64,000 nt of DNA from Candidatus Aminicenantes bacterium (lineage in GTDB: Bacteria; Acidobacteriota; Aminicenantia; JAMOAD01). Below the pieces are notes generated by a model. That model made no database searches and was not told the DNA's origin. It worked only from the letters and a program-made list of their open reading frames with translations. The position numbers and the translations under genes were made by a program. The stretch covers positions 6,650-70,649 of the forward strand of contig JAMOVU010000172.1 of the NCBI GenBank assembly GCA_027067555.1. The letters run 5' to 3'. Shown in pieces: positions 27,331 to 37,029 of this stretch (positions within the stretch are counted from its first letter, which is position 1; every line of letters starts with the position of its first letter).

Positions 27331-27366
27331 ACTTTTTTATGTGAATAATAGTGTGAGAGGTAAAAG

Positions 27367-27777
27367 ATGAGTTTAATAAAGAGTGAAAGTTTAACGATAC
27401 TTGAAAAATTTTTGGACTTGAGTCTTAAAAAACACAGTGTAATAGCATCAAATATTGCAAATGCTAATACTCCGAACTATAAAGCGAGGGAAATGGATTT
27501 TGAAGAGGCTTTCAAACAAGCTCTCGGAGAGGGAGAAGACGGAGTTTCCTTAAAAACCACAAATCCCAAGCACCTTTCTGATGCCAATTCAGTGGAAAAT
27601 CTTTCACCTGCGGTGGAAATTTCTTCCGCTCCTGCAAGACCCGATGGTAATAATGTAAACATGGAAAAGGAGATGGTAAAATTAACGGAAAATAATATCA
27701 CTTATAACCTTGGGGTCCAGTTGATTAGTAAACGGCTTAAGGAAATAAGGCTTGCGATAACTTCGGATAGGAGGTAA
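27367..27777 (+). CDS. flgB: flagellar basal-body rod protein FlgB
   Basis: N-terminal rod-protein motif SNIANANTPNYKA, first gene of the rod operon. Confidence 0.9.
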   Translation: MSLIKSESLTILEKFLDLSLKKHSVIASNIANANTPNYKAREMDFEEAFKQALGEGEDGVSLKTTNPKHLSDANSVENLSPAVEISSAPARPDGNNVNMEKEMVKLTENNITYNLGVQLISKRLKEIRLAITSDRR

Positions 27778-27779
27778 AA

Positions 27780-28226
27780 ATGAGCGGACACTTTACTATT
27801 TTTGATATAGCTGCTTCCGGTCTTTCGGCTGAGTTGAAGAGAATTCAAGTTATTTCAACTAACATAGCAAATGTAAATTCAACCAGAACCCCGGAGGGAG
27901 GACCTTACCGAAGAAAGGATGTAATCTTTGAGGCAACAAATATAGATAAAGATAGTTTTGAAAATATTCTAAACTCTGCTGTTTCAGAAGAGGATGCCGT
28001 TGGGGTTGAAGTAAAGGAGATCTACAATGACCCTTCCCCTTTTATTAAAAAGTATGATCCTCAACACCCTGATGCTGACCAGAATGGATATGTTTCATAT
28101 CCCAATGTTAATGTTGTAACAGAGATGGTAAATTTAATGAATGCATCAAGAAGTTATGGTGCAAATGTAACTGTAATACAATCGCTTAAAAATATGATAT
28201 CAAAAGCATTTGATATCGGGAGGTAA
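27780..28226 (+). CDS. flgC: flagellar basal-body rod protein FlgC
   Basis: SGLSAELKRIQVISTNIANVNSTRT and C-terminal SYPNVNVVTEMVNLMNASRSYGAN. Confidence 0.9.
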   Translation: MSGHFTIFDIAASGLSAELKRIQVISTNIANVNSTRTPEGGPYRRKDVIFEATNIDKDSFENILNSAVSEEDAVGVEVKEIYNDPSPFIKKYDPQHPDADQNGYVSYPNVNVVTEMVNLMNASRSYGANVTVIQSLKNMISKAFDIGR

Positions 28227-28228
28227 TT

Positions 28229-28546
28229 ATGTCAGATCCTAAAATAACGGATTATTCTAAGATTATTCAACAAATAGAGAAGGGGATTTCCATTGACAAG
28301 GCACAAAAAGCTGATAAGGATAAAGAAGGTAATTTTGCAAACCTTCTAAAAGAGGCTATAAATGAAGTTTCAAAGGTTGAAAAAAATGCTGATGAAGAGA
28401 TAAAAAAGGTAGTTACCGGGGAAGAGAAAAACATTCACAAAACATTGATAGCGGTTGAAAAAGCAGATCTTTCTTTTCAACTTATGATGGAAATAAAAAA
28501 TAAGTTAATGGATGCATATAATGAATTAATGAGAACAAGGATATAG
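28229..28546 (+). CDS. fliE: flagellar hook-basal body complex protein FliE
   Basis: 105 aa, position between flgC and fliF, FliE-like C-terminus. Confidence 0.8.
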   Translation: MSDPKITDYSKIIQQIEKGISIDKAQKADKDKEGNFANLLKEAINEVSKVEKNADEEIKKVVTGEEKNIHKTLIAVEKADLSFQLMMEIKNKLMDAYNELMRTRI

Positions 28547-28554
28547 GGTGAAAA

Positions 28555-30189
28555 ATGCCAAACATACTAACTCAAATAAGAAGCCTGTTTAGTAATTTAT
28601 CAACATCTCAAAAAATATTTTTTGTTGCTGTTGTTTTGATTGTTTTCGGGGGGCTTGTTGGGCTTGTTATGTGGGCAAACACTCCTGAGTATGCTGTACT
28701 TTACTCTAACATCAGTGATGAGGATGCTTCTTTGATTATACAGAAGCTAAAGGATATGAAGGTAAAATATAAATTAAGCGGAAATGTCATTAAGGTTCCT
28801 CAGAATAAGGTAAATGAACTGAGAATAAACCTTGCTGCAATGGGATTACCCAAAGGAGGAGGAGTTGGGTTTGAAGTTTTTGATAAATCAAAGCTCGGAA
28901 TGACGGAATTTATGGAAAAAATAAATTATTTGAGAGCCCTTGAAGGGGAGCTTAGTAGAACCATATCATCCATTAAAGAGGTAAAATCTGCTAAAGTTCA
29001 CCTTGTCCTGCCAAAGAGATCAGTTTTTTTGGAAGAGAGAGAGCCTGCCAAAGCTTCTATAGTTCTAAATGTGTACCCGGGCGCAGCGCTTTCAAAATCC
29101 ACAATAGGGGCAATAGTTCATTTAGTCTCTTCAGCTGTTGAAGGCTTATCTCCTCAGAATGTAACTATAGTGGATGTTTACGGAAGACTGCTTGCTTCCT
29201 CTGAAACGGAAAGTGAGGATGCAAAGTTAAATTCCAGACAACTTGAAATTAAGGAAAAGGTTGGAAGAGAGATGGCAAAAAGAATAGTTGCTCTTCTTGA
29301 ACCGATTGTTGGAATCGGCAAGGTTAGGGCAAGTGTTGTTGCTGATCTTGATTTTACAAAAAAGGAAAAGGTGGATGAGATATATGACCCCAATGTGCAG
29401 ATTGAGAGAAGTGAGAAGAGCGAAATTCAAAAAACAACCGAAGGGACTCAGGGTGGAACACCGGGGGTTGGCTCCAATGTTGCTGGTAATACGACACAAA
29501 CAGCCGGGGGTACAACAAAAACAAGTGAAATAAAAAAAGAGGTAAAAAATTATGAGATAAATAAAACAGTTTTAAAAACAGTCTTTCCTTCCGGAGAAAT
29601 TAAAAGATTATCTGTCTCTGTTCTTGTTGATGATGCTGTGAAAATTGAAAAAAAAGGAAAGGAAATCATTGAAAAAAAAGTTCCCCGAACTCCCCAGGAA
29701 CTTGATAAAATAAAAAAGTTAGTTGCTGCTGCTGTAGGGATTGATGAGAAGAGAGGAGATTTGCTTGAGGTCGCAAATCTTTCTTTTGATGAGACATATA
29801 AGATAGAATCCGAAAGATATATGAAAGCTCAGGAGAGTAAAAAGTTTATGGCTACTGCCATTAAATATGGAGTTATTTTGATTCTTGCCCTTGCTCTTAT
29901 ATTTTTGATTCTAAAACCAATGATGAAAAAGGTTACAGTTGCTATAGAAAAGGGCAAGGCGCTTCCGGAAGGTGGGATTACTGTTGGTGAGATAGAGGGA
30001 AAAGAGATGCCTCCTCAATTGGGTGAAGCTGAGGAAAGAGAGCAGCTTGAAAAAGAAATTGAAAGCCAGTATAAGCCACCAAAGGAAGCAAAAAAGATTG
30101 AAATTATCAGGGAAAAGCTTCAACAGTTTGCAAGTGAAAATACGGATGATCTTGTAGCTATTATCAGAAGTATGCTTCTGGAGGAATAA
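28555..30189 (+). CDS. fliF: flagellar MS-ring protein FliF
   Basis: N-terminal TM, YscJ/FliF ring domain, second TM near C-terminus, 544 aa. Confidence 0.9.
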   Translation: MPNILTQIRSLFSNLSTSQKIFFVAVVLIVFGGLVGLVMWANTPEYAVLYSNISDEDASLIIQKLKDMKVKYKLSGNVIKVPQNKVNELRINLAAMGLPKGGGVGFEVFDKSKLGMTEFMEKINYLRALEGELSRTISSIKEVKSAKVHLVLPKRSVFLEEREPAKASIVLNVYPGAALSKSTIGAIVHLVSSAVEGLSPQNVTIVDVYGRLLASSETESEDAKLNSRQLEIKEKVGREMAKRIVALLEPIVGIGKVRASVVADLDFTKKEKVDEIYDPNVQIERSEKSEIQKTTEGTQGGTPGVGSNVAGNTTQTAGGTTKTSEIKKEVKNYEINKTVLKTVFPSGEIKRLSVSVLVDDAVKIEKKGKEIIEKKVPRTPQELDKIKKLVAAAVGIDEKRGDLLEVANLSFDETYKIESERYMKAQESKKFMATAIKYGVILILALALIFLILKPMMKKVTVAIEKGKALPEGGITVGEIEGKEMPPQLGEAEEREQLEKEIESQYKPPKEAKKIEIIREKLQQFASENTDDLVAIIRSMLLEE

Positions 30190-31208
30190 TGGGAAAGTTA
30201 AAATATGAAAATCTTACAAATTTGCAAAAAATTGCTATTTTAATGGTTATTTTGGGAGATGAGATAACATCCAAGGTTTTTAGTAGATTGGATGAAGAGG
30301 AAATAGCGGATATAAGCAGGGAAATTACCCTTTTGGGTCCCATTCCCGCTGAAGTATCTGAGAGAATAATGGAGGAGTTTTACAATATGGCAATCGCAAA
30401 GCAGTATATTGCCATAGGTGGGATTGAATATGCGAAAAGTGTTTTGATAAAGGCACTGGGTCCTGATCAGGCAAGGAAAATAATAGATAGATTGGTGAAA
30501 CTTCTCGAAAAATCCGTGGGATTTGCCTCTCTTGAAAAAGTCAATCCCCAGCAAATATCAAAATTTATCCAGAATGAGCATCCGCAAACAATAGCTCTCA
30601 TCCTTGCTCACCTTTCGGCATCAAGGGCAGCAGAGCTACTTGAATCTTTACCCGAAGATATTAGAGCTGAGATAGCTATAAGGATGGCAAATCTTGAGGA
30701 GATATCTCCGGATATAGTGAAAAAAATATCTTCTGTATTAGATCAAAGGCTTCAGTCGCTTGGCTCATATAAACTTGAAGAATACGGAGGAGTGAAGGCT
30801 GTAGCAGATCTTCTTAATAGAATGGAAAGAAGAGTTGCAAAACAAATTCTTGAGCAGATAGAGGTTAAAAATCCTGAACTTGCTGTTCAGGTTAGAGATA
30901 TGATGTTTGTTTTTGAAGATATACTTTTAATAGATGATCATGGTGTTGCTGAAATCTTAAAGAGAGTTGATAAAAAAAGCCTTGCAATTGCACTTAAAGG
31001 GGCTTCTGATGAGCTTAAGGAAAAATTCTTCAGAAATATGTCTCAAAGGGCTGTTGAGATGTTAAAGGAAGAAATGGAGTACATGGGACCGATAAGAGTT
31101 AAGGATGTTGAAAAAGCTCAGCATGAGATAGTTGAGGTTGTAAGAGAGCTTGAAGAGGAAGGAGTTGTTTCCATTGGAGGAGGTGGTGGTGAAGAGTATA
31201 TTGTATAA
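30189..31208 (+). CDS. fliG: flagellar motor switch protein FliG
   Basis: LQKIAILMVILGDE..., MFVFEDI and EHPQTIALILAHL motifs. Confidence 0.9.
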   Translation: MGKLKYENLTNLQKIAILMVILGDEITSKVFSRLDEEEIADISREITLLGPIPAEVSERIMEEFYNMAIAKQYIAIGGIEYAKSVLIKALGPDQARKIIDRLVKLLEKSVGFASLEKVNPQQISKFIQNEHPQTIALILAHLSASRAAELLESLPEDIRAEIAIRMANLEEISPDIVKKISSVLDQRLQSLGSYKLEEYGGVKAVADLLNRMERRVAKQILEQIEVKNPELAVQVRDMMFVFEDILLIDDHGVAEILKRVDKKSLAIALKGASDELKEKFFRNMSQRAVEMLKEEMEYMGPIRVKDVEKAQHEIVEVVRELEEEGVVSIGGGGGEEYIV

Positions 31209-31926
31209 AGTTATTAAAAAAGAAGAACAGGATAAGTTTAAAATAGAAGACTTTTCCTTTGAGAATTTTGTTAAAGAGCAGTTAAAGAAAAGCGATGAAG
31301 AGGAAAGGAATGTTAAAGAGGACTCTATAAAGAAAAAAATGGAGGTTGAAAGGGATGGTGGAGAGAGTGTTGAGAAATTTAGTGCTGGACCTGTAGTGAG
31401 TGAGCATGAAAAACAGGAGCTTTTAAAAAAAGCATATGAAGAGGGTAAGGAAAAAGGATACAGGGAGGGTTTTGAAAAGGGAATGAAAGAAGCGGAAGAT
31501 AAAATAAAAAGTCTGATTGAGGAATACAAAAAAAGCTTGAGTTCACTTAATAGTTTAAGAGAAAAGATATACGAAGAAGCTCAAAGTGAAATGATTTTGA
31601 TAGTTAAAGAGGCTCTTAAAAAAATAGTTGCTGCTGAAATCAAAAGTAGTGAAGAGTTTATCTTAAATGTTATAAAGGAAACCATAAAAAATGTTGTGGA
31701 AACAAAAAAGATAGTAATAAAAGTTAGCCCTGAAGATTACAGATATCTTACGGAGAACAGGGATAAGGTTGACTCTTCTCTTTCAGGTAAGGAGATTGAG
31801 CTTGTTGAAGATCCTGCTATTACGCGGGGTGGATGCATTATTCAAACCGATATGGGAGAAATTGATTCAACTGTTGAAACAAAACTTGAAGAAGTTTTGA
31901 ATATCTTGGAAGAGAAAAATGAGTGA
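31150..31926 (+). CDS. fliH: flagellar export protein FliH (true start probably TTG about 31201, overlapping fliG stop)
   Basis: Coiled-coil N-half plus FliH C-terminal domain (GGCIIQTDMGEIDSTVETKLEEV); SD GGAGGAGGTGG inside fliG 3' end. Confidence 0.75.
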   Translation: MKRKELFPLEEVVVKSILYKVIKKEEQDKFKIEDFSFENFVKEQLKKSDEEERNVKEDSIKKKMEVERDGGESVEKFSAGPVVSEHEKQELLKKAYEEGKEKGYREGFEKGMKEAEDKIKSLIEEYKKSLSSLNSLREKIYEEAQSEMILIVKEALKKIVAAEIKSSEEFILNVIKETIKNVVETKKIVIKVSPEDYRYLTENRDKVDSSLSGKEIELVEDPAITRGGCIIQTDMGEIDSTVETKLEEVLNILEEKNE

Positions 31927-33235
31927 AGGGGCATCTTTGATTGATAGGATAAGATTGAGCTCTCCTTACCGTTTTTACGGGAAAGTGGTGAGAGTGGCCG
32001 GTGTTATGGTTGAAAGCGAAGGTCCGCAATCTTCGGTAGGGGAACTTTTGGAAATAAAAACTACTACTGGTAGAAACCTTATTGCTGAAGTTGTTGGTTT
32101 TAGGGAAAATAATATAATATCAATGCCTCTGGATGAAATGACAGGCATTGGGGTGGGTGACAAAGTCATAGCGACCAGAAGATACCCGAAAATTAAAGTG
32201 GGAGAAAAGCTTTTGGGAAGGGTTATTGATTCTTTGGGAAATCCTATGGATGACAAAGGGAAAATTCCCAGTGAAGATTATTATCCAATATATAGGAGAG
32301 CTCCGAAAGCATTGAAAAGAGAGATTATAAGAGAAAAAGTTGAAACGGGCGTACGGGCCATAGATGGGTTTACAACAATAGGAATGGGGCAAAGAATAGG
32401 AATTTTTGCAGGTTCAGGAGTTGGTAAAAGTACTCTTTTGGGTATGATTGCAAGAAATACTTCGGCTGATATTAATGTGATTATATTGGTTGGTGAGAGA
32501 GGAAGGGAGGTAAAGGAATTTATAGAAAGAGATCTTGGAACAGGGATAAAAAGATCGGTAGTGATTGTTGCAACCTCGGATGAGCCTCCCCTTTTAAAAT
32601 TGAGAGCTGCATATGCCGGGACAGCTATTGCAGAGTACTTTATGGAAAAGGGATATAATGTTTTAATAATGCTTGATTCACTTACCAGATTTGCCTATGC
32701 TCAGAGGGAAATAGGTCTTGCTACCGGAGAACCTCCTTCGACAAAGGGTTATACTCCCTCTGTTTTTTCTGCTTTACCACGCCTTTTAGAAAGAGCTGGA
32801 AACTTTGAGAACAAAGGGAGTATTACCGGTATTTATACTGTTCTGGTTGAAGCTGATGATATTACAGAACCAGTTGCGGATATAAGCAGGTCCATTCTTG
32901 ACGGACACATAGTTCTTGACAGAAGGCTTGCCAATAGAAATCACTATCCTGCGATAGATATCCTTCAAAGTGTGAGCAGAGTTATGAATTCGGTTGTTGA
33001 GGAGGAGCACATAAATTATGCAGGCAGAGTTAGGGAACTTTTATCCGCTTACAATGATGCGGAGGATCTCATTAATATAGGAGCTTATGTAAGGGGGAGT
33101 AACCCTCTTATTGATGAGGCCCTGGAAAGAATAAAATCCATAAATGCATTCTTAAGACAGAAAGTTGACGAAAGCTCAAGCTATGATGAGACTTTACGGA
33201 AGTTAAAGGAGATATTTAAAGATGAAGAGGTTTAA
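31919..33235 (+). CDS. fliI: flagellum-specific ATP synthase FliI
   Basis: Walker A GSGVGKST, F1/T3SS ATPase family, 438 aa. Confidence 0.9.
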   Translation: MSEGASLIDRIRLSSPYRFYGKVVRVAGVMVESEGPQSSVGELLEIKTTTGRNLIAEVVGFRENNIISMPLDEMTGIGVGDKVIATRRYPKIKVGEKLLGRVIDSLGNPMDDKGKIPSEDYYPIYRRAPKALKREIIREKVETGVRAIDGFTTIGMGQRIGIFAGSGVGKSTLLGMIARNTSADINVIILVGERGREVKEFIERDLGTGIKRSVVIVATSDEPPLLKLRAAYAGTAIAEYFMEKGYNVLIMLDSLTRFAYAQREIGLATGEPPSTKGYTPSVFSALPRLLERAGNFENKGSITGIYTVLVEADDITEPVADISRSILDGHIVLDRRLANRNHYPAIDILQSVSRVMNSVVEEEHINYAGRVRELLSAYNDAEDLINIGAYVRGSNPLIDEALERIKSINAFLRQKVDESSSYDETLRKLKEIFKDEEV

Positions 33236-33671
33236 GTTTTCCCTTGATACTCTCCTGAAATACAGAATTAATATGGAAAAACAGAAAAAAGAAGAGTGGG
33301 CTAAGGCGAAGATGGAAAGAGTTAAGGCAGAGGAGAGACTTGAGCAAATTTACAGGGAGGAGCGGGAGAGAAGAGAGTATCTTGAAAGTTTAATGGAGGG
33401 AGAACTTGATTTGAGAATTTTTCAGCTTGTTCAAAGATACATAGGTCAGTTGATAAGACTTGAAAAAGTTCAGGCGAAGATTGTGGAAGAGAAAAAAAAG
33501 ATAGAATCTGAAAAACTTGAAGAATGGATAGAGGCTCGAAAAGCAAAAAAGGTTCTGGAAAATTACAGGGAAAAGAAATGGAAAGAGTATCTTTATGAAA
33601 TTGATAAAGAGGAACAGAAGATGGTTGATGATCTTTTTTTAAACTCCAAGAGGTTTGCCAATGAAAACTGA
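33222..33671 (+). CDS. fliJ: flagellar export chaperone FliJ
   Basis: 149-aa coiled-coil protein directly after fliI. Confidence 0.7.
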   Translation: MKRFKFSLDTLLKYRINMEKQKKEEWAKAKMERVKAEERLEQIYREERERREYLESLMEGELDLRIFQLVQRYIGQLIRLEKVQAKIVEEKKKIESEKLEEWIEARKAKKVLENYREKKWKEYLYEIDKEEQKMVDDLFLNSKRFANEN

Positions 33672-34245
33672 TTGCAGGATAAAGGTTTTAAAAGCGATGT
33701 TTATTTTTGCCCTTTTATTTTTTATCTTTCCTTTGAATTCGCAAAAAAATCAAGGAATAAATGGATCAACTGACATTGATAAAATAATAAAAGAGATAAA
33801 GAGTGAAAAAGAGTATTATTTGAGATGGTCAAAAATTTTAAAAAATAAAGAGGATGCTTTAAAACAGTGGGAAAACGAACTTGAAAGAAAGGCAAAAGAA
33901 CTGGAGAAGGAAAGAAAAAAGCTTAATGAGGAGTGGAAACAATTAGCCGAGGCGAGAAAAGCCAAAAAGGTTGATGTGAGAATTAAGAAAATCCTTGAAA
34001 CAGTTGAGCCTCAAGCGGCAATTGATAGTATTGTTCACTATTATAACACTGATAAAAAGATGTTTTATTCCATTGGTTTAAGTATCCTTACGATGAAAAA
34101 GGGAGTGAGAGTAAATATTCTACAAGGACTTTCAACTGCTCATAAACAGATTTTTATAGATTTAATAGATTTTTTAGCAAAACAGGCAGGATATAAAGAG
34201 AAAATGAAAGAATTAAAAAAGATAGGAGGTGGAGGAAATGGATAA
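33655..34245 (+). CDS. hypothetical flagellar-operon protein (YlxF/MotE-like position): N-terminal TM or signal segment plus coiled coil
   Basis: Occupies the fliJ-fliK slot as ylxF does in Bacillus-type fla operons; no motif recognised. Confidence 0.4.
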   Translation: MPMKTDCRIKVLKAMFIFALLFFIFPLNSQKNQGINGSTDIDKIIKEIKSEKEYYLRWSKILKNKEDALKQWENELERKAKELEKERKKLNEEWKQLAEARKAKKVDVRIKKILETVEPQAAIDSIVHYYNTDKKMFYSIGLSILTMKKGVRVNILQGLSTAHKQIFIDLIDFLAKQAGYKEKMKELKKIGGGGNG

Positions 34246-35332
34246 TCAGGTGATTCTTAACAATGGGGATTTTATTCAGAAAGGAATCGTTAATTCCAAT
34301 GATATTAAAGGAAAGAAAAGCTTGAAAAAAAATGGGAAAGAGATAAAAAAAGGGAAAGGGATAAGAGAAGATAAAGGAAGTAAAAAGAATGGAAAACTTG
34401 AAAAGGATGAAAAGAATTTTCTCGCCCTTCTTGTTCATCATTATCTTAAAAAAGAGACAATAAGTAAGGGGAAGAAGAGCGAAAAAGTGAAGAAAATAAA
34501 GAATGATATTGAAAAGAAAATTGGAGAGAGTAAAGTAAGAGTTAAAAAAGAGAATTTAAAAGGAAAAGAGATTAAGAAAGCTGAAAATAGTGAGGTAGCT
34601 CTTAAGCTTGTTAAAGGGAGAGGTAAAAAAGTTAAAGCGGATGTGGAAAAAATAGCTGTTGATAAAATAATGGGAGAAAAAAATGTGAAAAAGACTAAAA
34701 AGAAAGCCGGAAGTAAAAGAGAGGTAAAGGAGCTTGATAATATAAAGAGTGAAGAGAAGGTGGTTTCCAAAAAGAAGCTTGATCCTGAAAAAGCAAAAGT
34801 AGCAAAGGTAGAAGAGATAAAAATCTCTTCCGAAACAAGGGAGATTAAATTTGAAAATTTTAAAATAAACAAACCAAAAACCGAAGGTACAAAGATAAAT
34901 AGGGCTAATTTGGTTGAAGAAGTTGCTAAAATAATTCAGAATACAACACCCAAGGGAAACAGAATTTTTAGAATCCATCTTGAGCCTCCGGAGTTAGGGA
35001 AGATTTATATTCAGCTTTCTTTCAGTAATGATAAAAAGATGGATATGAAAATTTATGTCCAGAAGCCGGAAGTTCAACACTATCTGAATTCAGGTATTGA
35101 AACACTTAAAACAAATATTGAAAATCTCGGTTTAAAATTTGATTTGCCCATTATCCAGACTTTAAGTGAGTTTAACTCCGGTGAAAAAGGGGATGGAAAT
35201 GGAAAGGAAGAGGGAAATCAAAAGAAAATAAAATTTAAACTATATACTGAAGGAAAAGAAAGCCCTGAATACTATGAGGAATATATCGGAGTTATGGATT
35301 ATTTAAGCGGAAGAGTTGATATTAAAGCCTGA
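34229..35332 (+). CDS. fliK: flagellar hook-length control protein FliK-like
   Basis: Lys-rich low-complexity N-part; C-terminal Flg_hook-like domain ...RIHLEPPELGKIYIQLSFSNDKKMDMKIYVQKPEV... Confidence 0.6.
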   Translation: MEEMDNQVILNNGDFIQKGIVNSNDIKGKKSLKKNGKEIKKGKGIREDKGSKKNGKLEKDEKNFLALLVHHYLKKETISKGKKSEKVKKIKNDIEKKIGESKVRVKKENLKGKEIKKAENSEVALKLVKGRGKKVKADVEKIAVDKIMGEKNVKKTKKKAGSKREVKELDNIKSEEKVVSKKKLDPEKAKVAKVEEIKISSETREIKFENFKINKPKTEGTKINRANLVEEVAKIIQNTTPKGNRIFRIHLEPPELGKIYIQLSFSNDKKMDMKIYVQKPEVQHYLNSGIETLKTNIENLGLKFDLPIIQTLSEFNSGEKGDGNGKEEGNQKKIKFKLYTEGKESPEYYEEYIGVMDYLSGRVDIKA

Positions 35333-35336
35333 TGTT

Positions 35337-37028
35337 TTAATCTAACAGGGAAAACATTTTCACATAATATTTAGGGGTAAGCTCTTCACCTGTGGCTTTT
35401 AATATTAATTTATCCCATCTGTATTTTGCTCCCTCTTTAAAAATATTATCTATGAGGAATTTTCCTATCTTTTTCTCACCATAGTAGGTGACAAAAGTTT
35501 TGTCTCTTTCTTTGTAAATTTTTGAAACAATATAGTTGTTTAATTGAGAAGCCAATATTTCTCCGAGCATATAATTATGATAATAAACCGGATCAGAGAT
35601 AATGTGTATCTTTGCAGCATAATCCGGTTTGTTCCTTCCTTCCGGCTTTTTGATGAATTGATATTTTTCTTTGAGTTTCCACCATAGTTCATTGAGATCT
35701 TGATCCGGATTATAGTAAAGCTCCCTTTCAAATCTCATCATTACCTGTGCCCATCTTGAGAAAATAAGCTGAGATTCAAAAAATTCTTTTATAAGAGCTA
35801 TCTTTATTTTGTTGATTTCATCTTCATTAATATTCAAGGCTTTTTGTAGCCAGTATGGGTTTTTTGCTAATCTTCCAAAAAGCATTGCAATTGCTTCTGT
35901 TACAAAAATATGTGCTTCTTCTCTTAAGAAATAGGGTAGCTTTTTGTCAATATACTTTGAATATGCTGCATGGCCAAATTCATGAAGCGTGGTTTCAAGC
36001 CATTGACTATTATCTTTTATATTCATCAATACCCTGACATCTCCGGACCTTCCAATCATTATCTCAAAAGCATGGGGGTTCTTTCCTTTTTTTTCGTAAA
36101 AATCACTTCTCTTTATTACATCCGAAAGATCTATTCCTATGCTTTTATAAAAATTATCCGCTATTTTAATTATATCTTTTCCTTTTACAAAAGAGTCAAT
36201 GTTTGTTTCATTAATGGAAATACCCTCTTGAAAGTATGGGTCTTCGTAGTGCCAGGGCATAAGTTCATCAGGAGAGATTCCGTATCTTTGAGATAGTTTA
36301 AAATCTATTTCTGATTTTATTTTTTTAAAAGGTTCTTCAGTGTTTTTTGCCAGATTATCAAAAATCTCAAGAATATCCTCCTCTGTTTGCTCTGAAAGTT
36401 CAAGAGACATTACATAATAATTTTTAAAACCCAGTATACGGGCAGCTTTGTTTCTGAGTTTGACCAATTTGAGAAAATCTTTGGAAAGAAGCTCTCCCAC
36501 ACTTTTTGATGCTTCCCAATACTTTCTTCTCTCTTCGGAATTCTTTGATTTTTTTAAAATTTCCGATATTTCATTGGCACTTACCTCTTTCCCATCTACC
36601 TTTCCACGATAAGTGGAAAATTCTTTTTCTAACTTTGTCTCTAAAATTATTATTTCATCTCTTAAATCTTTTGGAATTTGATTTCTTTTAAAGTTTAAAA
36701 GGAGTAATTCTATCTCTCTTTTTAATTCAGGTTCTGTTATTTTCCCGCTGTCATAGATTTCTTTTAGTTTTTCATACTCATTCTTGTCAGAATAAATATC
36801 AGCAATTTTTTTATTTAATTCTTCATATTTTCTAAAATATTCATCTTTGCCTGTTACCATTGCATTCCAGTAAGAGAGACTCGTGTCCCTTTCAATTTTT
36901 TTGATTTTTTTTTCTATGGAATGCACCAGCTCTTCTCCCTTTTTATCATAATCAGTTTTTCCGCATGATAAATTGCCCATTATTAAACCTCCGATTAAAA
37001 TCAGAGATAAAAAATTCCAGGGTTTCAT
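35337..37028 (-). CDS. M32-like (carboxypeptidase Taq family) zinc metallopeptidase with N-terminal signal peptide
   Basis: HAF...GDVRVLMN...HEFGHAAY matches the M32 HPF / DxRxT / HExxHAxY motif order. Confidence 0.5.
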   Translation of the reverse strand: MKPWNFLSLILIGGLIMGNLSCGKTDYDKKGEELVHSIEKKIKKIERDTSLSYWNAMVTGKDEYFRKYEELNKKIADIYSDKNEYEKLKEIYDSGKITEPELKREIELLLLNFKRNQIPKDLRDEIIILETKLEKEFSTYRGKVDGKEVSANEISEILKKSKNSEERRKYWEASKSVGELLSKDFLKLVKLRNKAARILGFKNYYVMSLELSEQTEEDILEIFDNLAKNTEEPFKKIKSEIDFKLSQRYGISPDELMPWHYEDPYFQEGISINETNIDSFVKGKDIIKIADNFYKSIGIDLSDVIKRSDFYEKKGKNPHAFEIMIGRSGDVRVLMNIKDNSQWLETTLHEFGHAAYSKYIDKKLPYFLREEAHIFVTEAIAMLFGRLAKNPYWLQKALNINEDEINKIKIALIKEFFESQLIFSRWAQVMMRFERELYYNPDQDLNELWWKLKEKYQFIKKPEGRNKPDYAAKIHIISDPVYYHNYMLGEILASQLNNYIVSKIYKERDKTFVTYYGEKKIGKFLIDNIFKEGAKYRWDKLILKATGEELTPKYYVKMFSLLD

Positions 37029-37029
37029 A

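Noticed and set aside
31150-31208. 59-nt fliG/fliH overlap as evidence of overprinting
   Set aside because: It is more simply explained by fliH starting at an internal TTG or GTG (about 31186..31201) behind the GGAGGAGGTGG SD. The long overlap is an artefact of ORF calling from the first in-frame Met.
34290-34800. Repetitive Lys-rich stretch in fliK (KKxK / GKE repeats), considered as a possible tandem DNA repeat or mobile remnant
   Set aside because: The repeats are at the protein low-complexity level only, with no exact nucleotide periodicity. This is typical of variable FliK N-terminal regions.
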